Below, piece after piece: positions 40,907 to 50,618 of a DNA stretch of 64,000 nucleotides. Position 1 is the first letter of the stretch; each line of letters opens with the position of its first letter. Under the pieces are notes generated by a model. That model did no database searches, was not told the origin of the DNA, and was given only the letters and a program-made list of their open reading frames with translations. Source of the stretch: Verrucomicrobiota bacterium (GTDB taxonomy: Bacteria; Verrucomicrobiota; Verrucomicrobiia; Palsa-1439); the NCBI GenBank assembly GCA_016871575.1, contig VHCW01000007.1:19616-83615 (forward strand), read 5' to 3'. The position numbers and the translations under genes were made by a program.

Positions 40907-43900
40907 ATGAACACAACCGCGCTACATCCAGTCGTGTTGGAGAAACTCCGGCGATTCAGCCGGCAGCGGCGGCGGCTGATTTTGTGGCGGGGATTGTGCA
41001 GCATCGTGGCCGTCTGGCTCGCGGCAATGACGGCGCTGGCGTTGCTTGACCGGCTCGTGCTGGTCGAAGACGGCGTGCGGATGGCGTTGAGCCTGCTCGC
41101 GTACGCCGGCACGGCAGTAGTGGTCTGGCGGACGTGCGTGCGTTACCTGGCGCACCTGCCGGGACCGCGCGAGTTGGCGCGGCTGGTGGAGGTCGCCGCG
41201 CCGCAGTTGCGCGAGCAATTGCTCGCCGCGGTCGAGTTGGCCGACAGCGGCCAGAAACCACACTGGGACTCCGACGAGTTGCGCGCTGCCATCCAACAAA
41301 TCGTGGCCCGTGATGTTGGCCGCATTCAGGTCGAGTCGCTGATCACACGACGGTTGATTGCGGCGTGGCTGTACGCGGCCGGCGCGACGATCGTTGTGTT
41401 CCTCGCGCTGTTCAACGCGCCGGGGCTGCATTTCCGTCAGGCGTTCGCCCGCGCCGCGTTGCCGGCGGCGAACATCCCGCGTTACTCCAGCATCCAAATC
41501 GAAGTGCTCGCGCCCGCGCCCGCCGACCAGACGGTGCCGGAAGGCGATGCCGTGCCGGTCACCGTCCGCGTCACGGGCGGCGATGTGCGGCGTGTTGTGT
41601 TGGAGACGTTTCCCAAACGCGGTCCGCGTGAGCGCGCCCCAATGGCGCTCAGCGCCGTGAACCAGTTCACCGCGCCGGTTCAGGTCAATCAATCGCCGGT
41701 TCTCTACCGGGTCCGGGCGCGTGATGCCGTCACGCAAAAGTTCACGCTTAACCCGCACCCGCGTCCGCAGGTTCTCCGGTTCCACAAAACTTATCACTAC
41801 CCGTCGTACACGCGGCTTGCCGCCCGCGCCGCGACCGAGGACAACGGCGACCTCGATGCGCTGGACGGAACCGAAGTCGAGTTGAAGCTGGACGTTGACC
41901 AGCCGATGCAGCGGGCCGCGTTGCGTCTCGACCTCGGCAAGGCGGCAAAGGAAATTCCGCTCCAGCAACTTCCCAACGGCCAGCTTGCCGCCCGCGTTCC
42001 GCTCACCGCCGCCGGCACGTATCGGGTGCAACTGGTCGCGGCGCAGACCGGTTTCGAGAACAAGTACAGTCCGCAATACGAAATCCGCGTCCAGCCCGAC
42101 CTCCTGCCATCGGTCAAGATCGAGCAGCCCGAACAAGACCAGATCGTGTTGCCGCCCGACGCGCTCGTCCAACTCACCGGCGCAGCCAAGGACGACATTG
42201 CCCTCTCGAACATCGAGCAAGCCATCCAAGTCAATCACGGCTCATGGCAGACGTTTCCGCTCCAACAACCCACCGGCGTCGTCGCCACGGTCGCGCGGAC
42301 GTGGGACCTTTTTGAACTCGGCGTTCATCCCGGTGATCGCGTGATCACGAAACTTGTCGCCACCGACCTCAAGGGGCAGCGCGGCGAATCGGTTCCACTT
42401 CGCATCATGATTGCCGCTCCCGGTTTCGACCCGCAACGCCATGCCCGCTTGAAAGCCAAACAGTCCGTTGAGAAATCGCTTCAGGAACTGCGCGATGCGA
42501 CGGACAAACTCGACCGCGCGATGACGTCAGCCAAGACCGCCATCGCGTCGCGAACAGCCGACAAACTCCAGAAACAGCAGGCGCTCCTCGCCGCCCGCGC
42601 CGCCGCTGAGGATGCCGCCGAGAAGGCCGCCGACACGCTGCGCCGGATTCAGGATACGCTGCCGAGAATGGCCAGCGTCCGCGAGTCCGGTGATCTTGTG
42701 CTGGTTGGCGCCGCCGTCAGCCGGGCATTGCGCGAAGGCATTGAGCCGCTCAAGGCGGCGCTCGAACGCGCCGCAACTGGCGATGATATGACCGCCAAGA
42801 CCGGTCTTCAGAAGGCGCAGGAATCGCTCAATGCCGCCGTCAGCCCGCCGCGCGTTGCCAACGACAATTACCGCCAGATGGTTGCCGCCGATCAAGCGCG
42901 CGCCATCACCAGCGACCTCGCGCAGATCAACGCCGACCAGCGCGCCTTGAGCGAGATGTTCCGCGATCCGTTGCAAACCGAACGGGCCACGCGCCGGCAG
43001 ACTGTCACCGCGGACCAAGCCAAGGAAGTCGAACAACAGTTGAAACGCCTTGCGCAGCAGACGCGGGATTGGCCCGCCAACACGGCGCGCGAGACCGCCC
43101 AGCATCTTGCCGGTGACCGTGATCAGGTTGAGAAAACGCTCGCCGCCGAGCCGACCGCCGAACGGCTCAAACCGGTCGCCGACGCAATGCAGCGCGGCAT
43201 CGAGAAAGCCGCCGCCCAAATGCAAAAGGCCGAGCGCGAACTGGCCAGCCGCGCCGAAGTCGCCCGTCAACGGCTCGCCGAACAGTTTTCCAGTTCCGCC
43301 AACAGCATCGCCAAGCTCATCCGCCAAAAAACGCCGGTCATCGAGCAAATGGAGATGGCTGCCAGCCATCTCAAGGACCGGGCCGCCCTCGAAGAGAAAC
43401 GTCCGCACCCCGACGCGCAGTTCGCCTCGGACGCCGCCCGCGCAGCCGACGCCGTGCAGGCGTTGGCCGACGCCGCATCGCCGACCAATGCGCTCGCCGC
43501 GATCAAGGCGATTGAACAAGCCTATCGCAAACTCGAAACCGGCCATCATCTCGGCGAACAAGTTTCCGCGCTCCGCCAGCTCGCTGCGCAGGAACGCTGG
43601 GAACGATTGATGTCCGCCGAGGCTGTCGAGCGCGCGAAGGATTGGAAATGGTCGCACGAGCAAATGAAGTCGTTGCCGCAACAGTTGCAGCAGGCGCAGT
43701 TGCCCGCCGAGGCCGCCAAGTCGCTCAACGCAACTGCCGACAGCCCATCGGTCCGGCAAATTGCCGATGAAATGCGCCAGCGACAGGAATCCGCTGCGCC
43801 GACAATGAATGTCGCACAGCCCGTCGCCCAGGTTGCCAACGATGTCGCCGAGGTGAAACGACAAATTCAGCCGTACCTCGACGAAGCCCGCGCCGAGATC

Positions 43901-45442
43901 GAAAAGGCCGCGCCGAAACTCAGCGAACGCCTCGCCGGCCTCGCCAAGAACGCCGACAACATGCAGGGCAAGACCGACGAACAAGCCAGGCACGCCGGTC
44001 AACCCGACATGGCCGAGAAAATCCGCGCCGAGGCAAAAAACCTTTCGCACGACCAGCAGAAACTCGACAACCGCGTCAATGATGCCCGCAACGCCATCCG
44101 CCGCGACGCCAACGTCCAGAACCTTGCCACCGAGGAAGGCCGTCAACGCGCCCGCGACGCCGACGATGCCAGCGCCATGTTGCGCGAGCCGTCGCCGAGC
44201 GCCAACGACATGCTCCAGCACGCCGCACACACGCCACAGCCCGATCACCAAAAGAATGCGTTGAAGGGCGCCGCCGAATTGCAGGGCAAACTCGCCGACA
44301 CGCTCCGCCAACTCGCCGAGCATTACAAAAACCTTGAAGCCGGCCAGCCCGGCCTGACGCGCATGGCGTTGCGCGAGGCCGAGAAGGAAATGGGATTGAA
44401 ACCGACGCTCGACGCCGAGTACGCGAAGGCGATGGCGTTGGAAGAACTCGCCGGCTTGACGCCGCTGGAACAATTGCAGGAACTGGAGAAGGCGTTGCAA
44501 CAGAACAAACCGATGCGGGCGGAACTCAGCGAGATCGCGCGCAACACGCTCCAGAACGCCGCCGCCGATCTCCAGCGGTCAGCAAATAAGGAACAGCATC
44601 TCGCGCAACACGCGACCAGCCCCGCCGAGGCCGCCGCGCAACAACCGCGCATCGAGCAGAACGTCCGCGATGCCGGCAACGACATCGAACGCGCCGGCCG
44701 CCACGAGTCCCGGCTCGGCAATCAAACCATGGGCCAAGAGGTCCAGCAACTCGGCAATCAAATCGAAAACAAAACCGGCGGCGAAGTCGCCAAGGCCGGC
44801 AAGGAGATGGCGCAGTCGCAGTCGTCCGCGCAAGCGCAGGCCGCCGCCCGCGCTGCCGGTGACGCGATTCAGCAAGCCACCGATCAGGTCAACGCGATGC
44901 TTCAACAGCCGATGCCCAGCCCGGCCAGCCCGGCTTCGATGGAAAGCATGGCCGGGAAACTGGCCGCCGCCGAAGGCGCCGCGGCGCAATGGATGGCGCG
45001 CGCGTTGGACAGTCTCGACGCAGCGATGAACCTGTCAACCCAAGCCAGCCAATCGGGGCAACAAGCCCAGCAAACCCAGGCCGGCCAGGGGCAGACGCAA
45101 GGACAAAGCGAACAGGCGCAAGGCCAGACTGCCGCGAGTCAGGCCGCGCAAGCACAGGCATCCTCGATGATGAGCGCGCGCGGCCAGGGATTGACGCCCG
45201 GCCAGCAACCGATGTCGGAGAAAGAAGGCTCTGGCGCCGGCGCAGCATTCCGCGCGCAAGGACTGGATGTCGGCAATCTTCCGGAGAGCCTCCGCCGGTT
45301 GCGCGGCGAATGGGGCAAGTTGCCGCCCAAGCTGGCGCGCGACCTGATGGAGTCGCCGCACGAAGGCGTCGCCGGCGAGTATCGCGAGATGGTGGAGTTG
45401 TATTTCCGCGCCATCGCCATCAAGGCGCAGGAGGGGAAATGA
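40907..45442 (+). CDS. DUF4175-like large membrane-anchored coiled-coil protein of the MoxR/Bat-type cluster
   Basis: 1511 aa. It has two N-terminal TM helices (LCSIVAVWLAAMTALALL, LSLLAYAGTAVVVW), a very long Ala/Gln/Glu-rich helical region, a Q/A/G low-complexity tract, and a conserved tail WGKLPPKLARDLMESPHEGVAGEYREMVELYFRAIA. Confidence 0.8.
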   Translation: MNTTALHPVVLEKLRRFSRQRRRLILWRGLCSIVAVWLAAMTALALLDRLVLVEDGVRMALSLLAYAGTAVVVWRTCVRYLAHLPGPRELARLVEVAAPQLREQLLAAVELADSGQKPHWDSDELRAAIQQIVARDVGRIQVESLITRRLIAAWLYAAGATIVVFLALFNAPGLHFRQAFARAALPAANIPRYSSIQIEVLAPAPADQTVPEGDAVPVTVRVTGGDVRRVVLETFPKRGPRERAPMALSAVNQFTAPVQVNQSPVLYRVRARDAVTQKFTLNPHPRPQVLRFHKTYHYPSYTRLAARAATEDNGDLDALDGTEVELKLDVDQPMQRAALRLDLGKAAKEIPLQQLPNGQLAARVPLTAAGTYRVQLVAAQTGFENKYSPQYEIRVQPDLLPSVKIEQPEQDQIVLPPDALVQLTGAAKDDIALSNIEQAIQVNHGSWQTFPLQQPTGVVATVARTWDLFELGVHPGDRVITKLVATDLKGQRGESVPLRIMIAAPGFDPQRHARLKAKQSVEKSLQELRDATDKLDRAMTSAKTAIASRTADKLQKQQALLAARAAAEDAAEKAADTLRRIQDTLPRMASVRESGDLVLVGAAVSRALREGIEPLKAALERAATGDDMTAKTGLQKAQESLNAAVSPPRVANDNYRQMVAADQARAITSDLAQINADQRALSEMFRDPLQTERATRRQTVTADQAKEVEQQLKRLAQQTRDWPANTARETAQHLAGDRDQVEKTLAAEPTAERLKPVADAMQRGIEKAAAQMQKAERELASRAEVARQRLAEQFSSSANSIAKLIRQKTPVIEQMEMAASHLKDRAALEEKRPHPDAQFASDAARAADAVQALADAASPTNALAAIKAIEQAYRKLETGHHLGEQVSALRQLAAQERWERLMSAEAVERAKDWKWSHEQMKSLPQQLQQAQLPAEAAKSLNATADSPSVRQIADEMRQRQESAAPTMNVAQPVAQVANDVAEVKRQIQPYLDEARAEIEKAAPKLSERLAGLAKNADNMQGKTDEQARHAGQPDMAEKIRAEAKNLSHDQQKLDNRVNDARNAIRRDANVQNLATEEGRQRARDADDASAMLREPSPSANDMLQHAAHTPQPDHQKNALKGAAELQGKLADTLRQLAEHYKNLEAGQPGLTRMALREAEKEMGLKPTLDAEYAKAMALEELAGLTPLEQLQELEKALQQNKPMRAELSEIARNTLQNAAADLQRSANKEQHLAQHATSPAEAAAQQPRIEQNVRDAGNDIERAGRHESRLGNQTMGQEVQQLGNQIENKTGGEVAKAGKEMAQSQSSAQAQAAARAAGDAIQQATDQVNAMLQQPMPSPASPASMESMAGKLAAAEGAAAQWMARALDSLDAAMNLSTQASQSGQQAQQTQAGQGQTQGQSEQAQGQTAASQAAQAQASSMMSARGQGLTPGQQPMSEKEGSGAGAAFRAQGLDVGNLPESLRRLRGEWGKLPPKLARDLMESPHEGVAGEYREMVELYFRAIAIKAQEGK

Positions 45443-46491
45443 GGAGGAGTTTTCAGTTTTTGGTGCTGATGGTGGTGCCGGTGTTCGCTGACCAAGCTGC
45501 GGTCGATCGGGCGGTGAGACGCGGGACGGAGTATTTGTTGTCGCGGCAGGACGACGACGGCGCGATTGGGAAGGTGGACCGCAAGAGCCGGGACAACGCG
45601 AACGCGATGACCGGGCTGGCGATCCTGGCGTTGACGTCGGTCGGTCATTTGCCGACGGATGAGACGCGCGAGGGCCGGGCGGTGCGGCGGGCGCTGGAGT
45701 TTATTCTGGAAGAAGAACGCCAGGACCAGACCGGTTACTTCGGCAAGTACGACGGTTCGCGGATGTACGGCCACGGCATCGTGACGTTGATGCTGGCGGA
45801 AATGCTCGGCATGGGATTGAACGCAAAGCAGGACGCGCTGATCCGCGAACGCTGCCAGCGGGCGATTGACCTGATCGTGCGGTCGCAACGGGTTCCGAAA
45901 TCGGACCAGCGTTTCCACGGCGGCTGGCGTTATTCGCCGGAATCGCGCGACGCCGATTTGTCGGTCACCGTGTGGCAGGTGATGGCGTTGCGCGCGGCAA
46001 AAAACTCAGGCTTGTCGGTGCCGGCGGAGACCATCGAGGATGCCGTCCGCTACATCAAACGCAGTTATCGCTCGGATCGCGACAAGCAAGGCCGGATCAC
46101 GAACCTCCGAAGCGGGTTCGCGTACGAGCCGGGGCAGTGGCCGGTCTACTCGACGGCCTCGGAAGGGTTGCTGGCGTTGCAGGTGTGCGGCGAGTACGAC
46201 GCGCCGGAATTGAGGGGAACGGTGGAATGGTTGCGCAGCGAGAAGATCAGCACGAAACACCGGTGGTTTTTCTACGGCACCTACTATTACGCGCAGGGCA
46301 TGTATCAACAAGGCGGCCAGATTGCCAAAGAAGCGCGCGAGGAAGTCGAGCGCGTGCTGGTGGCCGAGCAGCAGGAGGACGGCTCGTGGATCGGCCGGGG
46401 CGAGGAAGGCAACTCGCGCGTGTATTGCACCGCCTTGGCGCTGATGAGCCTCTCAATCCGCCACCACTTCATGCCCATTTACCAGCGCTGA
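45439..46491 (+). CDS. Secreted prenyltransferase/squalene-cyclase-repeat (alpha/alpha-toroid) protein
   Basis: ORF 44989..46491 is trimmed to ATG 45439 (MRRSFQFLVLMVVPVFADQ), which forms an ATGA overlap with the upstream stop. Repeats seen: ...SRQDDDGAIG..., ...FHGGWRYSPESRDADLSVTVWQVMALRAA..., ...EQQEDGSW... Confidence 0.75.
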   Translation: MRRSFQFLVLMVVPVFADQAAVDRAVRRGTEYLLSRQDDDGAIGKVDRKSRDNANAMTGLAILALTSVGHLPTDETREGRAVRRALEFILEEERQDQTGYFGKYDGSRMYGHGIVTLMLAEMLGMGLNAKQDALIRERCQRAIDLIVRSQRVPKSDQRFHGGWRYSPESRDADLSVTVWQVMALRAAKNSGLSVPAETIEDAVRYIKRSYRSDRDKQGRITNLRSGFAYEPGQWPVYSTASEGLLALQVCGEYDAPELRGTVEWLRSEKISTKHRWFFYGTYYYAQGMYQQGGQIAKEAREEVERVLVAEQQEDGSWIGRGEEGNSRVYCTALALMSLSIRHHFMPIYQR

Positions 46492-46536
46492 GTTCTGCGC
46501 TTGCGAAAACAGCGCCTGTGGCGGTATTCTGCCTCC

Positions 46537-47763
46537 ATGCCATTTCGATCCCTTGGTCTTTCCCCGAACGCACTCCGCGGCGTCGAAGCCGCCGGCTACA
46601 CGCAACCCACCGCCATCCAAACGCGCGCCATCCCGCTCGTTCTCGCTGGCAAGGACATCATCGGCTCCGCCCAGACCGGCACCGGCAAGACCGCCGCATT
46701 CGCGCTGCCGATCATCACGAAGCTCGAACGCCACGGCGCCTGCCGTTGCCTCGTGCTCGAACCGACCCGCGAACTCGCCGCCCAAGTCGAGACCGCGTTC
46801 CGCGATTACGGACGATTTACTGACATCCGCACCACCGTCATCTTCGGCGGCGTCGGCTACGGCAAACAACGCGAAGACATCAAGCACGGCATGGACATTC
46901 TCGTTGCCACGCCCGGGCGCCTTCTTGATTTTCTCGGCCAGGGCGAAATCAAACTCCACGACATCCAGTTCCTCATTCTCGACGAAGCCGACCGGATGCT
47001 CGACATGGGATTCATGCCCGACGTGCGCCGCATCATCGAGAAATGTCCGCGCCAACGCCAGACCATGCTTTTCTCCGCGACCGTTCCGCCGGAGATCGCG
47101 CGTCTGGCGTCGTGGGCGTTGCGCGACCCGGTCAACGTCGCCATTGGCGAACGCCGTTCTCCCGCCGAGACGGTCAAGCACGCATTCTACCCCGTCAACA
47201 GCGGCCAGAAATTCCAGCTCCTGCTCGTCCTGCTCGAACGCACCAACTACAACAGCGTCCTCATCTTTTGCCGCACCAAGCACGGCGCCGACAAGATCGC
47301 CAATCGCCTCCAGCGCGCCAACCACGCCGTCGCCGTCCTCCACTCCAACCGCACCCAACAGGAGCGCATCGAGGCGCTCAATGGATTCAAGTCCGGCAAA
47401 TACGAAGTCATGGTCGCCACCGACATCGCCGCCCGCGGCCTCGACATCGAGGACGTCAGCCACGTCGTCAACTACGATGTGCCGCAGCATCCCGAAGACT
47501 ACGTCCACCGCATTGGCCGCACCGGCCGCGCGCTCAAATCCGGCGAAGCCTTCACGCTGATCACCACCGAGGAAATGGATCACGTCCGCGCCATTGAACG
47601 GTTCATCGGCCAGACTGTTCCGCGGGCGAAACTCGACAACTTCCGCTACGACGAGACCGCCGCGTTCCGCACCGACGCCGAAGTCGGCAGCCGCCGCGCC
47701 GTCAGCATGGCCCGCACCGCCCGCGGCGGCTGGTCGTTCGCACCCGGGAAACGTCGCCGATGA
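46537..47763 (+). CDS. DEAD-box ATP-dependent RNA helicase
   Basis: It has a Q-motif (GYTQPTAIQ), AQTGTGKT, DEADRMLDMGF, SAT and HRIGRTGR. The ORF track begins at a TTG (46501); the ATG at 46537 (MPFRSLGL) is more likely. Confidence 0.95.
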   Translation: MPFRSLGLSPNALRGVEAAGYTQPTAIQTRAIPLVLAGKDIIGSAQTGTGKTAAFALPIITKLERHGACRCLVLEPTRELAAQVETAFRDYGRFTDIRTTVIFGGVGYGKQREDIKHGMDILVATPGRLLDFLGQGEIKLHDIQFLILDEADRMLDMGFMPDVRRIIEKCPRQRQTMLFSATVPPEIARLASWALRDPVNVAIGERRSPAETVKHAFYPVNSGQKFQLLLVLLERTNYNSVLIFCRTKHGADKIANRLQRANHAVAVLHSNRTQQERIEALNGFKSGKYEVMVATDIAARGLDIEDVSHVVNYDVPQHPEDYVHRIGRTGRALKSGEAFTLITTEEMDHVRAIERFIGQTVPRAKLDNFRYDETAAFRTDAEVGSRRAVSMARTARGGWSFAPGKRRR

Positions 47764-48722
47764 AAGAACTTCTTCTCCGCCGCGCCCGACTCGCCTCGCC
47801 CAGCGGCAACGAGGACGACCCATGGCGCCGCGTCATCCTTCGAGCCACCACCGGTAAAGCCGATCTCGAAATTGCCGGCGTCGGCGCGTACGAAATTTTC
47901 CGGCCAACACCGACGCCCGCGGCGCCGCTTGCCGGCAAGATCGCCATTGTCACCGGCGCCGCCGGGGCGATTGGCGCGGGCATTTGCCGCGGCCTCCTTG
48001 AAACCGGCTGCCACGTCGCCGCCACCGATGTTTCGCCTGACAACCTCTGCAGCCTTGTCGAAGACCTGCGCGGCGTCGGCCCGACCATCGGAGTCCCGCT
48101 CGACGTGACCGACCCGCAATCCGTCGCCGACGGTTTCGCGCAAGTCATCAAGACATGGGGCGGCGTGGACATCGTTGTCGTCAACGCCGGCATCGCCATC
48201 GGCGCGTCGTTGATGGAGACGAGCCTCGAAGCGTTCCGCAAGCTCGAAAAGGTCAACGTGGATGGCGCGCTGCTCACGCTCACCGAAGCCGGACGAATCC
48301 TTCGCGAACAAAACACCGGCGGCGATATCATCGTCATCTCGACGAAGAACTTCTTTGCGCCCGGCGCCGGTTTCGGCGCGTATTGCGCGACGAAAAGCGC
48401 CTGTCACCAACTCGCCCGCATCGCCAGCCTCGAGTTTGCGCCGTTTGGCGTCCGTGTGAACATGGTCGCGCCGGATGCCGTGTTCTCGGATGGGTCGCGC
48501 CGTTCCGGGCTTTGGGCCGAGGTCGGACCCGCCCGGATGAAATCGCGCGGCCTCGATGAAAAAGGCTTGGAAGAATACTACCGGAACCGAAACCTGCTGA
48601 AAACGCGCGTCACCGCCAAACACGTCGCCAATGCCGTTCTCTTCTTCGCCACGCGCCAGACGCCGACGACCGGCGCGACGATTCCCGTTGACGGCGGCCT
48701 GCCCGACTCCACTCCGCGCTAG
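47760..48722 (+). CDS. Short-chain dehydrogenase/reductase (SDR) family oxidoreductase
   Basis: It has TGAAGAIG (cofactor-binding motif), NAGIA and YCATKSA (YxxxK). There is a ~55-aa N-terminal extension of unknown function and an ATGA overlap with the helicase stop. Confidence 0.85.
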   Translation: MKELLLRRARLASPSGNEDDPWRRVILRATTGKADLEIAGVGAYEIFRPTPTPAAPLAGKIAIVTGAAGAIGAGICRGLLETGCHVAATDVSPDNLCSLVEDLRGVGPTIGVPLDVTDPQSVADGFAQVIKTWGGVDIVVVNAGIAIGASLMETSLEAFRKLEKVNVDGALLTLTEAGRILREQNTGGDIIVISTKNFFAPGAGFGAYCATKSACHQLARIASLEFAPFGVRVNMVAPDAVFSDGSRRSGLWAEVGPARMKSRGLDEKGLEEYYRNRNLLKTRVTAKHVANAVLFFATRQTPTTGATIPVDGGLPDSTPR

Positions 48723-48838
48723 CAAGCTTGGGCCGCTGGTTGTGGCGCGTCGGCCGGATTCCCGACGGTGACGCAACGCTGGCTGGACTTCTCGGCTGGT
48801 TTGGACAATGATGACGGGGAGAACGAAAGAACAACGCC

Positions 48839-50107
48839 ATGGCAACCTATTTTTCCCGAGGCTCGGTCACCGACAACATCACGACGGCGGACAAACGCGC
48901 CGCGCTGGCGGAGGCGTTGAAGGCCGTCGGCAAACCGTTGCGGCGCGTCTTGATTCTGCCGCCGGACCACACCCGGCTCAACTCCGACGCGGGCGAGCTG
49001 ACGCGGCTGTTGTACGAGTTGCTTTCGCCGGCAACGCAGATTGACATTATGCCGACGCTCGGCACGCACTCGCCGATGACCGAGGCGCAACTGCGGATGA
49101 TGTTCGGCAACACGATTCCGCTGGACCATTTCCACGTTCACGACTGGCGCCGCGGCGTCCGCGAAGTCGGCACCGTGCCCGGCAAACTGCTCAAGGAATG
49201 GTCGGAGGGTCGCGTGGATTACGACGTGCGCGTCGAGGTCAGCAACCGTCTCTTTGCCGGCTACGACCTGATTCTCTCGGTCGGCCAGCTTGTGCCGCAC
49301 GAGGTTGTCGGCATTGCCAACTACACCAAGAACATCATGACCGGCGCGGGCGGCGCCGACACGATCAACAAATCCCATTTCCTCGGCGCGGCCTACGGCA
49401 TGGAACGGATGATGGGCCGCATTGATACGCCGGTGCGGAAGCTCTTCAACTACGGCGTCGAGAAGTTTCTCGCCGACCTGCCGATTCTCTACGTGCTCAC
49501 CGTCATGCAGAAGAACAACGCCACCGGCGCGATGACGATGCGCGGCCTCTACATCGGCGACGACAACGAGACGTTCACGACCGGGGCGCGCCTCTCGCAG
49601 AAGGTCAACCTTGACCTGCTCGATGCGCCGTTGAAGAAGGTGCTCGTCTGGCTTGACCCGCACGAGTTCAAGAGCACGTGGCTCGGCAACAAGGCGGTTT
49701 ACCGGACCCGGATGGCAATGGCTGATGGTGGCGACCTCATCGTCCTCGCGCCCGGCCTCAAGGAGTTTGGTGAAGACCCTGAGATTGACCGGCTCATCCG
49801 CAAGTACGGCTACAAAGGCACGCCGGCCACGCTGGCTGCCGTCAAGGCGCACGACGATCTTCGCAACAACCTCAGCGCCGCCGCGCACCTGATTCACGGT
49901 TCGAGCGAAGGCCGGTTCCGCATCACGTATTGCCCGGGTCCCAACATCAGCCCGGATGCGGTTCGCGCCGTCGGCTTCGAGGTTGGTAATCTGAAGGATT
50001 ACCCGGTCGAAGGTTTGAAGGATGGATTCAACGGCGACCTCTTTTACATCAGCAACCCGGCGCTCGGCCTCTGGGCGCTCAAGAGCCAGTTCGCACAAGG
50101 AAGCTGA
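48839..50107 (+). CDS. LarA-like (DUF2088 / lactate-racemase N-terminal domain) protein
   Basis: VLILPPDHTRLNS...IMPTLGTHSPMTEAQLRMMFG parallels LarA's SSDHTRPVP...ATGFHRPSTHEELVNKYG. LILSVGQLVPHEVVG...TKNIMTG parallels LISEGFIESHFFAGFSGGRKSVLPG. Similarity was recognised from memory only. Confidence 0.6.
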   Translation: MATYFSRGSVTDNITTADKRAALAEALKAVGKPLRRVLILPPDHTRLNSDAGELTRLLYELLSPATQIDIMPTLGTHSPMTEAQLRMMFGNTIPLDHFHVHDWRRGVREVGTVPGKLLKEWSEGRVDYDVRVEVSNRLFAGYDLILSVGQLVPHEVVGIANYTKNIMTGAGGADTINKSHFLGAAYGMERMMGRIDTPVRKLFNYGVEKFLADLPILYVLTVMQKNNATGAMTMRGLYIGDDNETFTTGARLSQKVNLDLLDAPLKKVLVWLDPHEFKSTWLGNKAVYRTRMAMADGGDLIVLAPGLKEFGEDPEIDRLIRKYGYKGTPATLAAVKAHDDLRNNLSAAAHLIHGSSEGRFRITYCPGPNISPDAVRAVGFEVGNLKDYPVEGLKDGFNGDLFYISNPALGLWALKSQFAQGS

Positions 50108-50618
50108 CGCGCGTATCGCCGTAGATTGCTTCCCGCTTCCCGTTCCACGTTTCGCCGGGCGTCAGGGCATCGCGCTTGGCTGACTCCAACACCACCAGGC
50201 CGCCGGGGGCAAGCGGCAACGGAAGCACGAGGAATTTTTGCGCGGCATCGCCGTACGGCGGGTCGGCGAAGATCAACGAGTATTCCCCCTCCAACGCCGG
50301 CAACTTGAAGGCGTCTGCGCGGAGCACGCGAAATACGCAGGACACGCCGCGGTTGCGACGGAACGATTCGAGATTGCGCTCGATGGCGTCGAGCGAGGCG
50401 CGGGCGTTCTCGACGAACGTGACCGCGCTCGCGCCGCGGCTGGCGGCTTCGAGTCCGAGCGCGCCGCTGCCGGCGAACAGATCGAGCACGGTCGCGCCGA
50501 CCACGCGCTCGCCGAGGCTGGAGAAGATGGCTTCACGGACGCGGTCCGACGTTGGGCGAACGTCGCCGCGCGGCGCAACCAGCGTCATTCCCTTGGCGAT
50601 GCCGGCGATGATGCGCAT
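50079..50618 (-). CDS. rsmD: 16S rRNA (guanine966-N2)-methyltransferase RsmD
   Basis: It contains RIIAG..KG..L......RPT.DRVREAIFS.L, then LDLFAGSGALGLEA.SRGA, and FADPPY. The ATG at 50618 shares one nucleotide with the upstream stop. Confidence 0.9.
   Translation of the reverse strand: MRIIAGIAKGMTLVAPRGDVRPTSDRVREAIFSSLGERVVGATVLDLFAGSGALGLEAASRGASAVTFVENARASLDAIERNLESFRRNRGVSCVFRVLRADAFKLPALEGEYSLIFADPPYGDAAQKFLVLPLPLAPGGLVVLESAKRDALTPGETWNGKREAIYGDTRVSFLVRTGS

Noticed and set aside
45040-45180. Gln/Ala/Gly low-complexity tract (QQAQQTQAGQGQTQGQSEQAQGQ) near the 3' end of the DUF4175-like gene, considered as a DNA microsatellite
   Set aside because: No regular nucleotide unit is present. 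It appears to be compositional low complexity within a helical, disordered protein region.
44989-45438. N-terminal 150 aa of ORF 44989-46491
   Set aside because: It overlaps the conserved C-terminus of the DUF4175-like gene in another frame. The ATG at 45439 gives a signal peptide and an ATGA overlap.
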